Assembly: GCF_000002075.1 (NCBI RefSeq)
Contig: NW_004797358.1
Location: forward strand, 612,539 to 676,538
From: Aplysia californica
Taxonomy: Eukaryota
Length of the DNA: 64,000 nt
Reading direction: 5' to 3'
Part shown: positions 23,801 through 36,184 of the stretch, piece by piece
Numbering within the stretch: position 1 is the stretch's first letter
How the letters are laid out: each line of letters starts with the position of its first letter
The notes under the pieces: generated by a model
Database searches by the model: none
The model's input: only the letters and a program-made list of their open reading frames with translations
Told to the model about the DNA's origin: nothing
Made by a program: the position numbers and the translations under genes

Positions 23801-26800
23801 ATGATTACAGAATTAATATAGTTTCCTACTGTACCTTGTTCTCTTCTTCAAATCTAAATAAATTTCTTGGTATGAGTTGAAGCTTCCTGGTCTGAAAGTC
23901 TTCTGTGGTTGAAGTCTAGTAAGATAAGATAAGATAAGATGAGATAATACTTTATTATCCCAGAGGGAAATTTTTCTTGGTTGTAAAGGACCATAAAAAC
24001 ATGTGCAGGTATACATGAAAATTATAATTATTTATCACTCTCATTAAAATTCAATATGAAAAGAGAAATAACGCTGACAAAATGTACATATCACATCAGG
24101 TGCATCATTCAACCACCTGCAGAAATTTACTTACAAGACCTTTAGAATTATATAAATGTTCTGCACAATTTAGCGATCGGCGCAATCGTAAGCTGCGCGT
24201 TTTAACAATCGTACAATTGCGCTGCAGTCTTAAGATTTTACAGCACGTTTTAACGATCGTACAGTTGCGCTGAAATCTGAAGATTGCATTAGTATTTTAT
24301 ATATTCGAAAAGCTCACAAGAATGATACAACACCAGGTATCAAACTCAAACTAAAAGTTCACAAAGTAATTTAAGTTCACAAATTTAATTTATTTAATAT
24401 TTTAAAAATTATTTTATACAAAATTCACTTTCATCTTTATTCTTTTATTCACATCAAGGAACATTCATATATTTTAAAAAGTGTAAAAATATGAAAATTA
24501 AAATTAAAATCAAGGTGTGAAACAAGAGCCCCCAGAATGTTACAATGCCGTATCAAACTAAAAGTTCACAAAGTACATTTAATTTGTCTTATATTTTAAA
24601 AATAATTTTGTTTATTCACTTCCATCTTTATTCTTTTACCTACATCAAAGATCATTCACATATATTTTCAAAAGTGTAAAAATATGAAAATTTAAAATTA
24701 AGATATGATACTGAAGAGCTCACAAGAATGAGACAATTATACGATTGTTAAAATATGCAGCCCACCCATGTGGTTCTCGGGGCCCTGTTCAAGAGACAGG
24801 GGAGCAAAGAATAGGACCACTGTATCCGTACCGCGCATGTCGTAGAAGGCGACTAAGGTCGGTTGGGCAAAGGGTTAGCAGCCCTTTCCCACCCATAAAA
24901 CAAAAAGCAGCTACAAAAACATCAACAGCAAAAACAACACGACCGCCAGTTCTGGAAGATGGAGGACCTTCGTCACCGAGGAGAGGAGAGAATATGGAGT
25001 GTAGAATGATGCAGGGTGGTGAAAGCCGGAAGGAAGCCACCAAGCCGAGAAACCTCCTGTCGACCAGAAAAACCACCAGACTTGGCACCTGGAATGTTTG
25101 TACAATGTACGAGGCAGGGAAGGCACTGCAGGTTGCAAGAGAGATGGAGGGCTACCAACTGGACATATTGGGTCTCTGTGAGACGAGATGGACGAATGCA
25201 GGGGAGTGCCAACTTGTTTCAGGGGAAACACTTCTCTACTCTGGACATCTGGAGGAAAACTCGCAGCATACAGAAGGAGTGGGTATTCTGTTATCAACAC
25301 ACGCCAAGCGGGCTTTGATAGGATGGAAAGCAGAGGGCCCGCGACTAATATCAGCCGAATTCCGTTCACAGAAGAAAGACATCAACCTTCATGTTATCCA
25401 GGGATATGCCCCCACCAATGATAAGGACCTGGATGTGAAAGAGACTTTCTATAAAATGCTACAAAATACTATTGATCAGGTTAGAAGGAAGGACATCTTG
25501 ATTTTAATGGGAGACTTCAACGCTGAAGGACATCTTGATTTTAATGGGAGACTTCAACGCTAAGGTAAGCAGTGACAATGTAGGCTTTGAAGAAATCATG
25601 GGGAAACATGGACTTGGAGTCAGAAACGAGAATGGAGAACTATTTGCAGAAATATGTGCAACGAATGGGCTCATGATAGGAGGGACTGTTTTCCCACATA
25701 AACAGATACACAAATCAACATGGGTGTCGCCAGACCAACAAACTGAAAACCAGATTGACCACATATGTATCAACAAGAAATTCAGGAGATCAATGAGGGA
25801 TGTTAGAGTTTACAGGGGTGCAGACGTAGATTCGGACTATCATTTGCTCATTTCAACCATCCGACTAAAACTCAAGCGAAGACAGGGAATTGTCAATAAT
25901 CATAGGTACCGGTACAACATGGAATTTCTGAGAGAGCCATCATCAAGAGAGGAGTTTAATGTAGCAGTTAAGAACAGGTTCCAAGTGTTTGAAACACTAG
26001 GTGAGGATAGCAGCGTGGAAGAAACATGGGAGGCAATAAAAGAAGGCTGGACCACTGTGTGTCAAGACGTACTGGGGAAACGGAAACGTGAGCACAAGCC
26101 TTGGATATCGGCCACCACTCTGAGGAAGATAGAAGACAGGAAAAAGAAAAAGAGTCAGGTAAACAGGAGCAAGACAAGAGCAGCCAAAGCAAAGGCCCAA
26201 GAAGAATACACCAGAGCAATGAAGGAGGTAAAAGTCCGCCTACGGAAAGACAAAAGAAACTATGTAGATGACCTAGCGCACGAGGCAGAGGAAGCTGCAG
26301 GGGCAAGAAACATGAGAGGACTGTATGAAACCACCAAGAAACTTGTGGGCAGATACAAGAATGCAGATGTGCCAGTGAAGGATAAAGAGGGAAAGCTTCT
26401 CACAAATCCAAACGAACAGAAAGAACGCTGGAAGGAGCATGCCAGAAAAACAGTTTTGACATTCCACCAGCAGAGATTGATCTGGGGGTAAGTGAAGAAA
26501 AGCCTAGTTTAGAGGAGATCAAAGAGGCGATAAGACACCAGAAAGCAGGCAAGGCAGCCGGCCCAGATGGAATTCCCCCAGAAGTTCTCAAGGTGGATAT
26601 CGGCACTGCGACAGGGTTTCTTCATGGAATTATTGGCAAGATATGGGACAGCGAAAAATTTCCACAGGATTGGAGAGAGGGATTGCTCGTGAAACTACCC
26701 AAGAAAGGAGACCTGCATGAGTGTAAAAACTACAGAGGAATCATGCTCCTGTCCATTCCTGAGAAAATTTTAAGTCGTACCATACTGGAAAGACTGAAAG

Positions 26801-29800
26801 AAGCTGTGGATGCAAAACTAAGAGAGGAGCAGGCAGGATTTCGTAAAAAGAGATCATGTACAGATCAGATTGCAACTTTGAGGATAATAGTGGAACAGTC
26901 CACCGAGTGGAACTCTTCCCTGTACGTTAACTTTGTTGACTATGAGAAAGCTTTTGATAGCCTAGATAGGGACTCAATATGGAAGCTTATGCACCACTAC
27001 AGAATACCTGACAAGTTCGTGAGATTGATCAAGAAGATGTATGAGGGAATGAGTTGCAGTGTCTTACTTGGAGGGCAGCGAACAGACTCGTTTGAAGTGA
27101 ATACAGGAGTGAGACAGGGATGCCTGCTATCACCTTTTCTCTTTCTATTAGCAGTGGATTGGATAATGAGACAGACAACATCGGGACAATGCGGTGGCAT
27201 ACAGTGGACCTACAGTCGAGCCCAGATGCAACAGAAAACAGATCGCCTCAGGACCTTCTCCCATAGTGTTGGACTCCATATTCATACAGATAAAACGAAA
27301 GTTCTACGAATGAATGCAGCCGACGTTCCTATCACACTGCAAGGGGCACCATTGGCGGATGTTGAATCCTTCACCTACCTGGGAAGTGTCATCAACAAGG
27401 CAGGGGGAGCAGACGAAGACATCAAGGTCAGAATCCAAAAGGCAAGAGCAGCATTCATCATTCTCAGGAATATATGGATGTCTAAGGAACTGGGATTGAA
27501 CACCAAACTGAGGATCTTCAAAACAAACGTGAAGACTGTCCTACTGTATGGTTCAGAGACATGGAGGCTCACCACGAATGCTCAACTGTGGGAGAGAGCA
27601 AGCCAAAGGCCAGTAAAGGAAGATATTCATGTGAAAAAATGGAAATGGATTGGACACACCCTGAGGAGACCCCCGACAAGCATCATCAGGCAGGCTTTAA
27701 CGTGGAACCCACAAGGAAAGCGTAAGAAGGGAAGACCAAAGATGACATGGAGGCGAGCGGTACAAGCGGAAATTGAAAAAGCGGGGACATCATGGAAACA
27801 GATAGAAAAGGATGCTCAGGACAGGCTTCGCTGGAGTAATGTTGTTGATGGCCTGTGCTCCACTGGGAGTTTTAAAAAAGGGCAAGAGAGAGAAAATATG
27901 CAGCGCAATCTTAAGCTGATGGGTAAATTGCGCAGAACATCAATACATACTCGGAAGAGCAATACACATTGATGCTTTTTCTGACAATAGCCTTATGGTA
28001 AAAAAGCTTCTTTTATATTTTTCTTTCTTTGTTTTTAGAGGTACATATCTGCTGCTGCGTGATTTTGCAATTTGCATGGAAAGGGAATGTGATGGCTCGT
28101 TTATAATGCTTTATCTTTTTTATACTTCTGGTGTTATACATTTCATCGTATCTAGTAAAATCATATCCAGAAATCTTGCTGGCTTTCTTAATAGTTCTGT
28201 TGAACTTTTCTTTATCTTTCACCCTGCAATTCCCAGGCGTGCAGCAAATACAAAATAATAGCACGCTTTCAATCATAGAATGGCATAAAAGGGACATATA
28301 ATCTTTTTATTGAAACGAAAACTTCTTAATTTCCTTAAAAGGAATATTCTTTGATCTACTTTTTTATGCACAAGAGTCGTCATCCAGCTACTGGCTGCAA
28401 AAATAGACAGCTTAACATAGCCACCTGGAATGTGAGAAAAATGTACCAGACGGCAAATTAGATCATATAGAGCAGGAAATGGATCTAAATATATGTTAGG
28501 CCTTTCAGAAGTTAGATGGAGCAGTAATTTCTTGGTGTGTTTATGAGTTTGTAGATGTTATCTAAGAACACGAGAATGGCATCCTCTACGCCCCTCTTGG
28601 CACGATAGGCAAATTGCATGTTATCTTGTATGTCTTCTGATGATTTCCTCAGTTCTTTCAAAACCAGTTTTTCTGAACATTTCATAAGGACTGATGTTAA
28701 AGTCACAGGTTTTAGGTCAATTAAGTTTTGTATTAATTGTTCTTTGGGACAGGAATTATTTCACAGAATTTTCCACAAGAATGGTATTATTCGTTCTTTC
28801 AAAGACATTTTGAAAATATCAGTGTAAATGACACTTAGTAGTTTTTGCTACAGCTGGGAACATTTGTATTCCTCACATTTGAATTTGAAATCTTAAGAGG
28901 ACAAGGTGCAAAGAAAATTTGGTTATTGGAGGAAGAAGAGTAACAAGGTAAGAAGTGTCTTTTCAAGCGGTTTTCTTTTTTGGTGTCCTTACTAAGTAAG
29001 TCATTTGTACAATATGATTCCCCACAGTGGTCTGTGTGAGCCAGAGTGTGTGAACATTCTCTCTGGCCCTCTGAATGAGAAGGAAGTGTGTGTCCCAGAC
29101 TGTGGAGGGACTACCCCCTGTGACCGTTTCCTGAGCAAAGTCAGTGTACAAGTCTACAATGCCTGGTGAGAAGTGAACCTTTGGTCTTGCAGCTCTCAAG
29201 TGACTGGGTAGAAAAAGACCTTGTCTTTGTACTATATATCAGTTTTAGTATCAACTGACATTTTCTTGTTCTTTAAGTGGCACTTGAGTGTCCATTGACA
29301 TTTTCTTGCTATTATGAGGTGGGTTTTTTTAGTTAATTGAAATTTTATTGTTTATATGAGAGTTTTTTAGCGTCAACTAACATTTTCTTGTTTTCTATGA
29401 GTTGAATGCTGGAAACAAAGACCCTTTCTGTTTCCGTATTGTGGTTTTGTTTTGGAAAAAAATTGTCCTCTTCTTATGATTTGATTCTGAATTGAAAGTA
29501 TATGTCATATTACTTTGAGGTAGTTTTGCTGTCTACCGATAATTCTGTCCTTCTTGTTAGTAAGTGGTATTACAACGGGACTGATATTTTTGTGAATTAG
29601 TATGCACAGAGTAAATTGTGTGTTTTTTTTCCGTCAGGGAGCTGGCACAGTCGCTGACAGCATCAAGACATAACCGTAGCAGCATTGATGTCCTTCTGGA
29701 ACACTTTTATGACCTGACTCCACTCTACAAAATTGCCTACTCTGGTCCAGAATATGTAAGTAAAATAGCAGAGATGTGCATCTGCCGTTTGTGTTCTCAC

Positions 29801-32800
29801 ATACAAACTATAGGATATGACTTTAAGTTTTCTGTGAGCATTGGAAATGTTAACTCATTCGCTATGCCGAGCCGTTGGGGACGGCGCGGCTAAAGTGCCG
29901 TCAGTATGCTAAGCCGCCCCCGGCGGCTCGAGAACCGATCTTCAATTTTAGTTTAGATTCTATTCCAATCCACCTATCCATGTTAAAATAAAGATCGTAA
30001 TATAATGTTGACTTCCGGGTCAAGCGTTTCTACTGAAAATTGGAAGTTTTGATTCAGTTTTGAAACGCGATCTCGAAGTTTATGCGACTTTGTTTTATCG
30101 CAATGCTCAAATTATAGCTTAGACACCAGTCTTACTACTGTTACATTAACAAAATATATCATTATTTTGCATGCTAAAGAAATGTAGGACTCTTCTTTAG
30201 AATATTGATACATGGGCTCAAATTACCATTGCTCTGTTATTGAGAAATCAATACTTTTCAGTGAATATCTAGATCTAAATTGTTAAATTATTTTTTTCTC
30301 TAAAAAATCACTATTTTTTGTGAAATTACACAAAAGTGCCCCTCAAGACATGTGTAGGTTTATTTAAAATACAATTCTGAATAATTCTGTACACAATACG
30401 AGTGGTTTTTTCTGTTTGTGAATGCATCTTGTCAATTTTTCAAGATTATAATTTATTTTTTTTTTTTTCAATATCGGATGTCATATGATCCAAATGTGCA
30501 AATGTTATGGAATGTATATAAATAACTGCAAATTTTTCAATATTTTCCAGTTCTATATATTCATTTATGGTTATTTTGATGTATCATTTGACTATGTGCA
30601 AACATTTTTTTTAGATTCACTGAAGACGATTAATTTTTTTTTTTCAAATTTTATCCGCATTGAAAAAAATTGTGTTGCATTATCACCTCCTACAGGAACC
30701 AAAGTTGAAAAATACACAAATAAACATTACAGATGTATTCTACAAATCATACAGAAAATTTCGGTGCATAATATGTTAATATTTATTTGAATTTGTGGCC
30801 CCAAAGACATTTGAACAGCGCACTAGTCATCATCTCATTTCTCCTCCTGGAAAAAAATCGTCCACAAGCCGAAAATAATATGTAGCGAATGAGTTAAGGT
30901 CAGTGTGAAATTGATGCCAGATGGACATAGTTTGGCATTATGAGAACTGTAGCTTTTTCATTGACAAAAGTATTGTGATTGTTGGGCGAATGTTTCTTTT
31001 AAGACATGGATACATTTTTAAAATATTAGGTGTAATGTGGCCTGTCGAATGGAAAACTAGTGTGAGTTTCTTGTTAGGAAAATGAGGAAAAAGGATAATA
31101 TTATATGAAAGATCTGTTATTTATACATTGCACTGTATGGATGTGTATTGTATAACATGGAAGGGTTGTTTACCTTTTAAAATCTTCATGGATATAATGT
31201 TTCTGTTTTTCTCTCCCTGTACACAGGACGGATTTGACATTCATTTTGAATTTCCCATCAAACCTGAGGTGACATTTGTTGGTAAGTTTTTGATGACTGT
31301 TGACATTGGACTAGCTGGCAGAAGAAAGAAATGTTAAGCTTTTCTTCTTGTGGTTGATGAAGTGTTTGACTCGTTGACTTTTTTGCTAAAAGTGGTCTGC
31401 AGTATTATGGGAATGATAGAATCATTATGAGTAGAAAGAAAGTGTGTATTGTTTTGTCTTTCAGGCTGAATTCCTTTTACAGTAGTCAGGAGTGTTGGTG
31501 ATCTTAAATTGGTCCTTTAGAAAATATTGATGGTGTTCAGAATACATATAATTTGTGCATGTTCTTGCAGTGAGGATAAACAGCACCCACTGTTTGCAAC
31601 CTTTCAAGGGGTATCCCTTGTGCTCATTAGCTGGAGGGACATCAGGAAATTTGAAGTAGAAATGAGAATAGTTTTGGTGGAAAATGTTTTCTCTTAGCAA
31701 GTTGTCCTGTAAACGTAGCCAGTGTTGCTGGATATAATTTAGTGCGTGTCTTAATAGATGTTAAGAGTTTAGACTAAAAAAAGATGAAATATCTCATTGT
31801 TGAATTGTGTGAACATTTAAAAAGAAATTAGTCTTGAATATATAGAGGTATAGAAGTGCCTAATGATGTATCCCTGACTTCTGGTAACAGACTACGAGGC
31901 GCGGCTGGTGTTCTTCAGCGTGGTCCTTGACAAACCTTTCAGTGATATCCGGTATCAGTGGAGTGACAGTGCCATCAAACTGGGAGAAAGAATGGGCGAG
32001 CTGGTAGGTGAAACTTTGGATTGATCAAAGAATGTGCTAATCTGTAGTAGTGGAGAAAAAAATGAGTGATCCAAGAAGGATTGAGTGAAGTGTTAGGTGA
32101 GGAAATAGAATGAGCAAGGTTTAAGTTTTCATTTTGAGAAAGCGTGTCAGGGCAGTGGGATTGTAAAAAGCGTGGGCGGACTGGTGGGTGTGGAAGAAGG
32201 ATGTGTGGTCTTAGGGGACAAAGCTTCTTCAAGGTGATGTGATTTGAATCCCAGAAAAAAACGCAACTGGTCTGTTAAATAATTACATTGTTCTTTGTTA
32301 CAGGCTGCAGAAGTATTTGGAGATTTGGGCTATCTTTATGGAAAACTAGATCAGATCAGGTAAGTTTTGATTCTCTTGTAGAGATTGTTTCCATGGTGTA
32401 CAATACCCTTGATTTTGGTTGAACAGGCAGCACAGTAGCGATGCTTTTGAATCATAAGAAAAGTTATAAGGCTGTGTTTTTAAAACTCAAACATTCAACT
32501 ACTTAGAATTGAGTACAAGCCATACGCTATTTGAGTTTTCATGATGTGGAATTTAGCTACGATGTTGCTTCTAGCATAGTGTTCAGCAGTGGGCTGTTAT
32601 TTGGAGACCACTGTACTTTCAAATTTACTTTTTCTTGTATTTGTGAGTCGTGTGTCATATCATAAGTTCTGTAATTGAAACTGAGGCGTTCTTGTTTCCA
32701 ACTTTTTACTTTGTGACTATTTGCAGCTATCATTATGATGAAAACAGTACGGGGACCTACATCATGGTGAATTCTACAGGCGTATTTAAGAATTCTGTGA

Positions 32801-35800
32801 ACAAGACAGTGCTAGAAGCCATAGCGGTAAGAATGCTTAAGGCTCATATCTCCTGGAATGGCCAATTTGGAGAGTTCCAGTTCAGAGGCAGACTTGGCCT
32901 TTTCCAGACAGCAGAGGATCGCTGGAATGGAGTACAAGGTGAGTTTTGTTGCAGCTTACTACTCAAATCAACCTCTTATGTGAACGCAGCCAGGCTGTTG
33001 TTGTAGACATTAATGGCGCACTTGTTTGTTTGAAGAGTAATGTTACCTTGAATGACAGTAAACCAGCTTACCAAGAAAAGGGATAAATTCCATGTAACTG
33101 ATTTCTTTTTTCTCTAGAGTCCAGTCTCTCTAGATGTAACTATTAAAATATTCTTGTGTATGAGGTAGAACAGCTCAATTTTGATGAAGTGACAATGCTT
33201 GTGACAATGTTTTTGTTCTCAGCGGTCAGTTGGTGTGATGTCGTGGAAAGTGTGGGTGTGCCACGTCATTGTGGGAAAGAGTTCACCTGTACAGAGAAGA
33301 CCGTGTTCAGGAATTGTAGTGGAGGTTTGTACTTTTCCCTCGTAGGTAGCCATGTTGTAAATGGTGGTGAAAGACTGACAGCAAAAAGTGTCATTTAGAA
33401 AAATGTCCCTCCAGCTTACCTGTACCATGTTTTGTTTTCATTGGAGATCAAAGCCAGGACGTGTAACATTGGCAGTGCAATGAACGTAGACTCAGCCAGG
33501 GTATGTAAGGATGGAAAGCAGATACTTCTGATTATAATAATTATTTCCATTGAAGCAATGTTCCTTAACTCTTTATCTCTGGCAAGCCACTCTCAGCGCT
33601 CGTGATCAGAACAGCTGAGCCGGTGAGCCACTGACAGCGCTGCCGCCGTAAGGGAAAACGACGAATGGTCCTGCGCAGGTAGCGAAGCAAATTTTTCAGG
33701 AGAGGCAAAAACAGTTTTCACTTTATAACTCTCAGGCACCTTCCTTTGTGCCAACTTCGACATCAAATTACTTTTCGTCAGTTTCCAAAAACAGGTTTTT
33801 TTAATCAAGATTTCATTCATTAGATGAAGAACTATCAAAAAAGGTTCAGTTGTTTTGATTTAATAACCAGTGTAGTGACGTTTTTGTCATTTTTAGATTT
33901 AGTACCAAAAAAGGGCTCTGGCATAGTGGGTTTATACCCTCTTTGTAGGTAAAGAGTTAAACGTCATGTTTTTGTTTTGGTATATAGTAATGTTTGTACT
34001 TACTAGTAGCCTCTATGTGAGAAGAGTTGGGAATAAAACGAAAAGACCATGTAGGATGCACAAAGATTGGAGAAAATACAAATTGGTAGAAGCAACCAGC
34101 CGGCTGTGTTAGGAAGACACATGGAAATAGTACCATAGTACAAATACAACGCTGGAGTAAGTTAAGTTCATAAAGAGGTTACCAGGCTATTATGGGCTTT
34201 GTATGACTGGTGGTAAATGTTTGACAGTTCTATCCACACAGATTACATTATATAGGTGGTTGGATTCTGTGAGTGAGAGAGTGAAAAATGTTCAAATCTT
34301 GACTCCATGTGCTCGTTTTTTAAAGGATTAATCTTATTTGTGCATGAGAGGTAAGAGAGCTTTCATCTATAATATTCCAACAAAGAAAGATACAGAAAGT
34401 CATTCTTACCATCATCCATCAAACCTCTTCTGTCATAATCATCTTTTTATAAGTATTTATTTGACCTTAGAGCATTCATCAGAATACCATTGAGTTACAA
34501 TCAGAATACTGAGTATGTAACTAGCTTAACATTATTATTGTTTATATTACTGTTCATTTATGTTATGCAATTGACTGTTAGCCAATTTGTGAGTGTAAGC
34601 ATACTGCATGTGTGTGCATGTTTGTATGTGTGTGTGTGGATGTGTATGGGTGTGTGTGTGTGTTTGTGCGTGTACGTCTAGGCAGTCATAAAAACAGGCC
34701 ACCTGCACGCGACTGACCTAGATTCCTTGTGGGCTGGCACACCCGTGTAGTAGGCCCACTACCTAGTAGATTCTTAGTTAGTGATAAGCCTACGCAGCGT
34801 GCGGCGGGCAGTTTGAATTGCTGTTTGCTCATGCTTTGACATTGGATTATTTCTGCCTAATGCAGTTTGCTTTTCAAGTCATCTGGATTATGTGAATATT
34901 TTCTACATCATTTTGTGTGTTGAGGAACAGAAGTGATGACTAATTAATTAATTAAGATTGACCAACAGTTTTGAGATCGCAAATTTGAAGTGTTGTTTGG
35001 CTGTACTGCAGGCCTACTGTTCATTTTCAGTCGTTCTTCTTCGCCATGGTACTGAATGCCTGGATTCTTTTAGTTGAGGCCTAGTGCAGTTTTTTTTTTC
35101 AAATCATCTGGATTGTGTGAATATCAAATATCTCTTCCATCAGTGTACGTGTTTAGATTAAACCTACAGTGAAGTTTTGACTGTGCAAATTAAATTCAGA
35201 TCTGTCTAAAATCCATGTCTACACAGTAGAGGCCCCTCTCCTGATCCGCACACTCTTCACTGACTTAGAGCCTGTCTATGCAAATAACCACTAAAAACTA
35301 ACTCTCCATCCTAACCCTAGATCTACATTTAGATCTAGATTAGTTTGTAACACAAAAAATAAGCTAAAAGGACCATGTAGATATAAATCTATATCTAGTC
35401 TCTGAGCGTCTAGGGGCCCACCCTTGTTAGGGAAAAGTATACGGATCATAATTATGAGGGAGCTCCTTTGAGTTTTTCCCGACCTGCATTGTATATTATA
35501 TTAATATCTGCTGTTCTTTCACTGCGCTTACATGCTTCTCTTCTAGGCCTATTTATTGCTTTCATCATGTGTGGTTATGACTCTGTTGGACTGTGACTGA
35601 CACTTTCAAAATTTACTGAAGGAATAAGAGCAACAATGGGAAGAAAATGCTGAATTGGTGGATGCAAAACTGGCTATGACAGTCAGAAAGGTGCAGAAAA
35701 AGTGACCTTGTATGGATTTCCTTCGGATGAAACAGAATGTCGGGCATGGATTGCTAGCTAACCAAACATTTTATCCTATGAAAAGGTGTCAAAATAAAAA

Positions 35801-36122
35801 AACATATCAGTGTGTGCCCTCCATTTCCCTCAGCATGTGCCTTTGGTTCGTCGTGGAAGTAAGCTCGTTCCTACCGTCCTTCCATCCATTTTCCTAAATG
35901 GTTTGCTCATTCTTTCTGACTCTGCTGTCGTTCTTTTGTACTCCTTTCTTCATTCTCTTGTGAATCAATTTCCTTCTTGCGCTGAAATGACCTCATTGTT
36001 TTTAAAGTGCCGTAAATCTCTAACTCAACTCAGTCAACTTTCTGTCTTTCCATCGTTTTTGTCTGTCAAGAATAATTTTTTACTTTTCCGTTTGTTTGAA
36101 CCCAAACACAGGAAGCTAAACC

Positions 36123-36184
<62 letters not shown>

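Larger units (their letters stand above)
23921..28830 (-). mobile_element. 5'-truncated, degenerate Rex1/Babar-like LINE hosting nested insertions
   Basis: RT fragments LTSVLMKCSEKLV..QFAYRAKRGVEDAI (28512-28706) and IESVLLFCICC (28013-28297); 3' AATAAAG + (ATCTT)n tail at 23921-23960. Confidence 0.75.

Noticed and set aside
24180-24735. Spaced repeats resembling a CRISPR array
   Set aside because: Two-copy tandem units inside a eukaryotic MITE, with no unique spacers and no cas genes.
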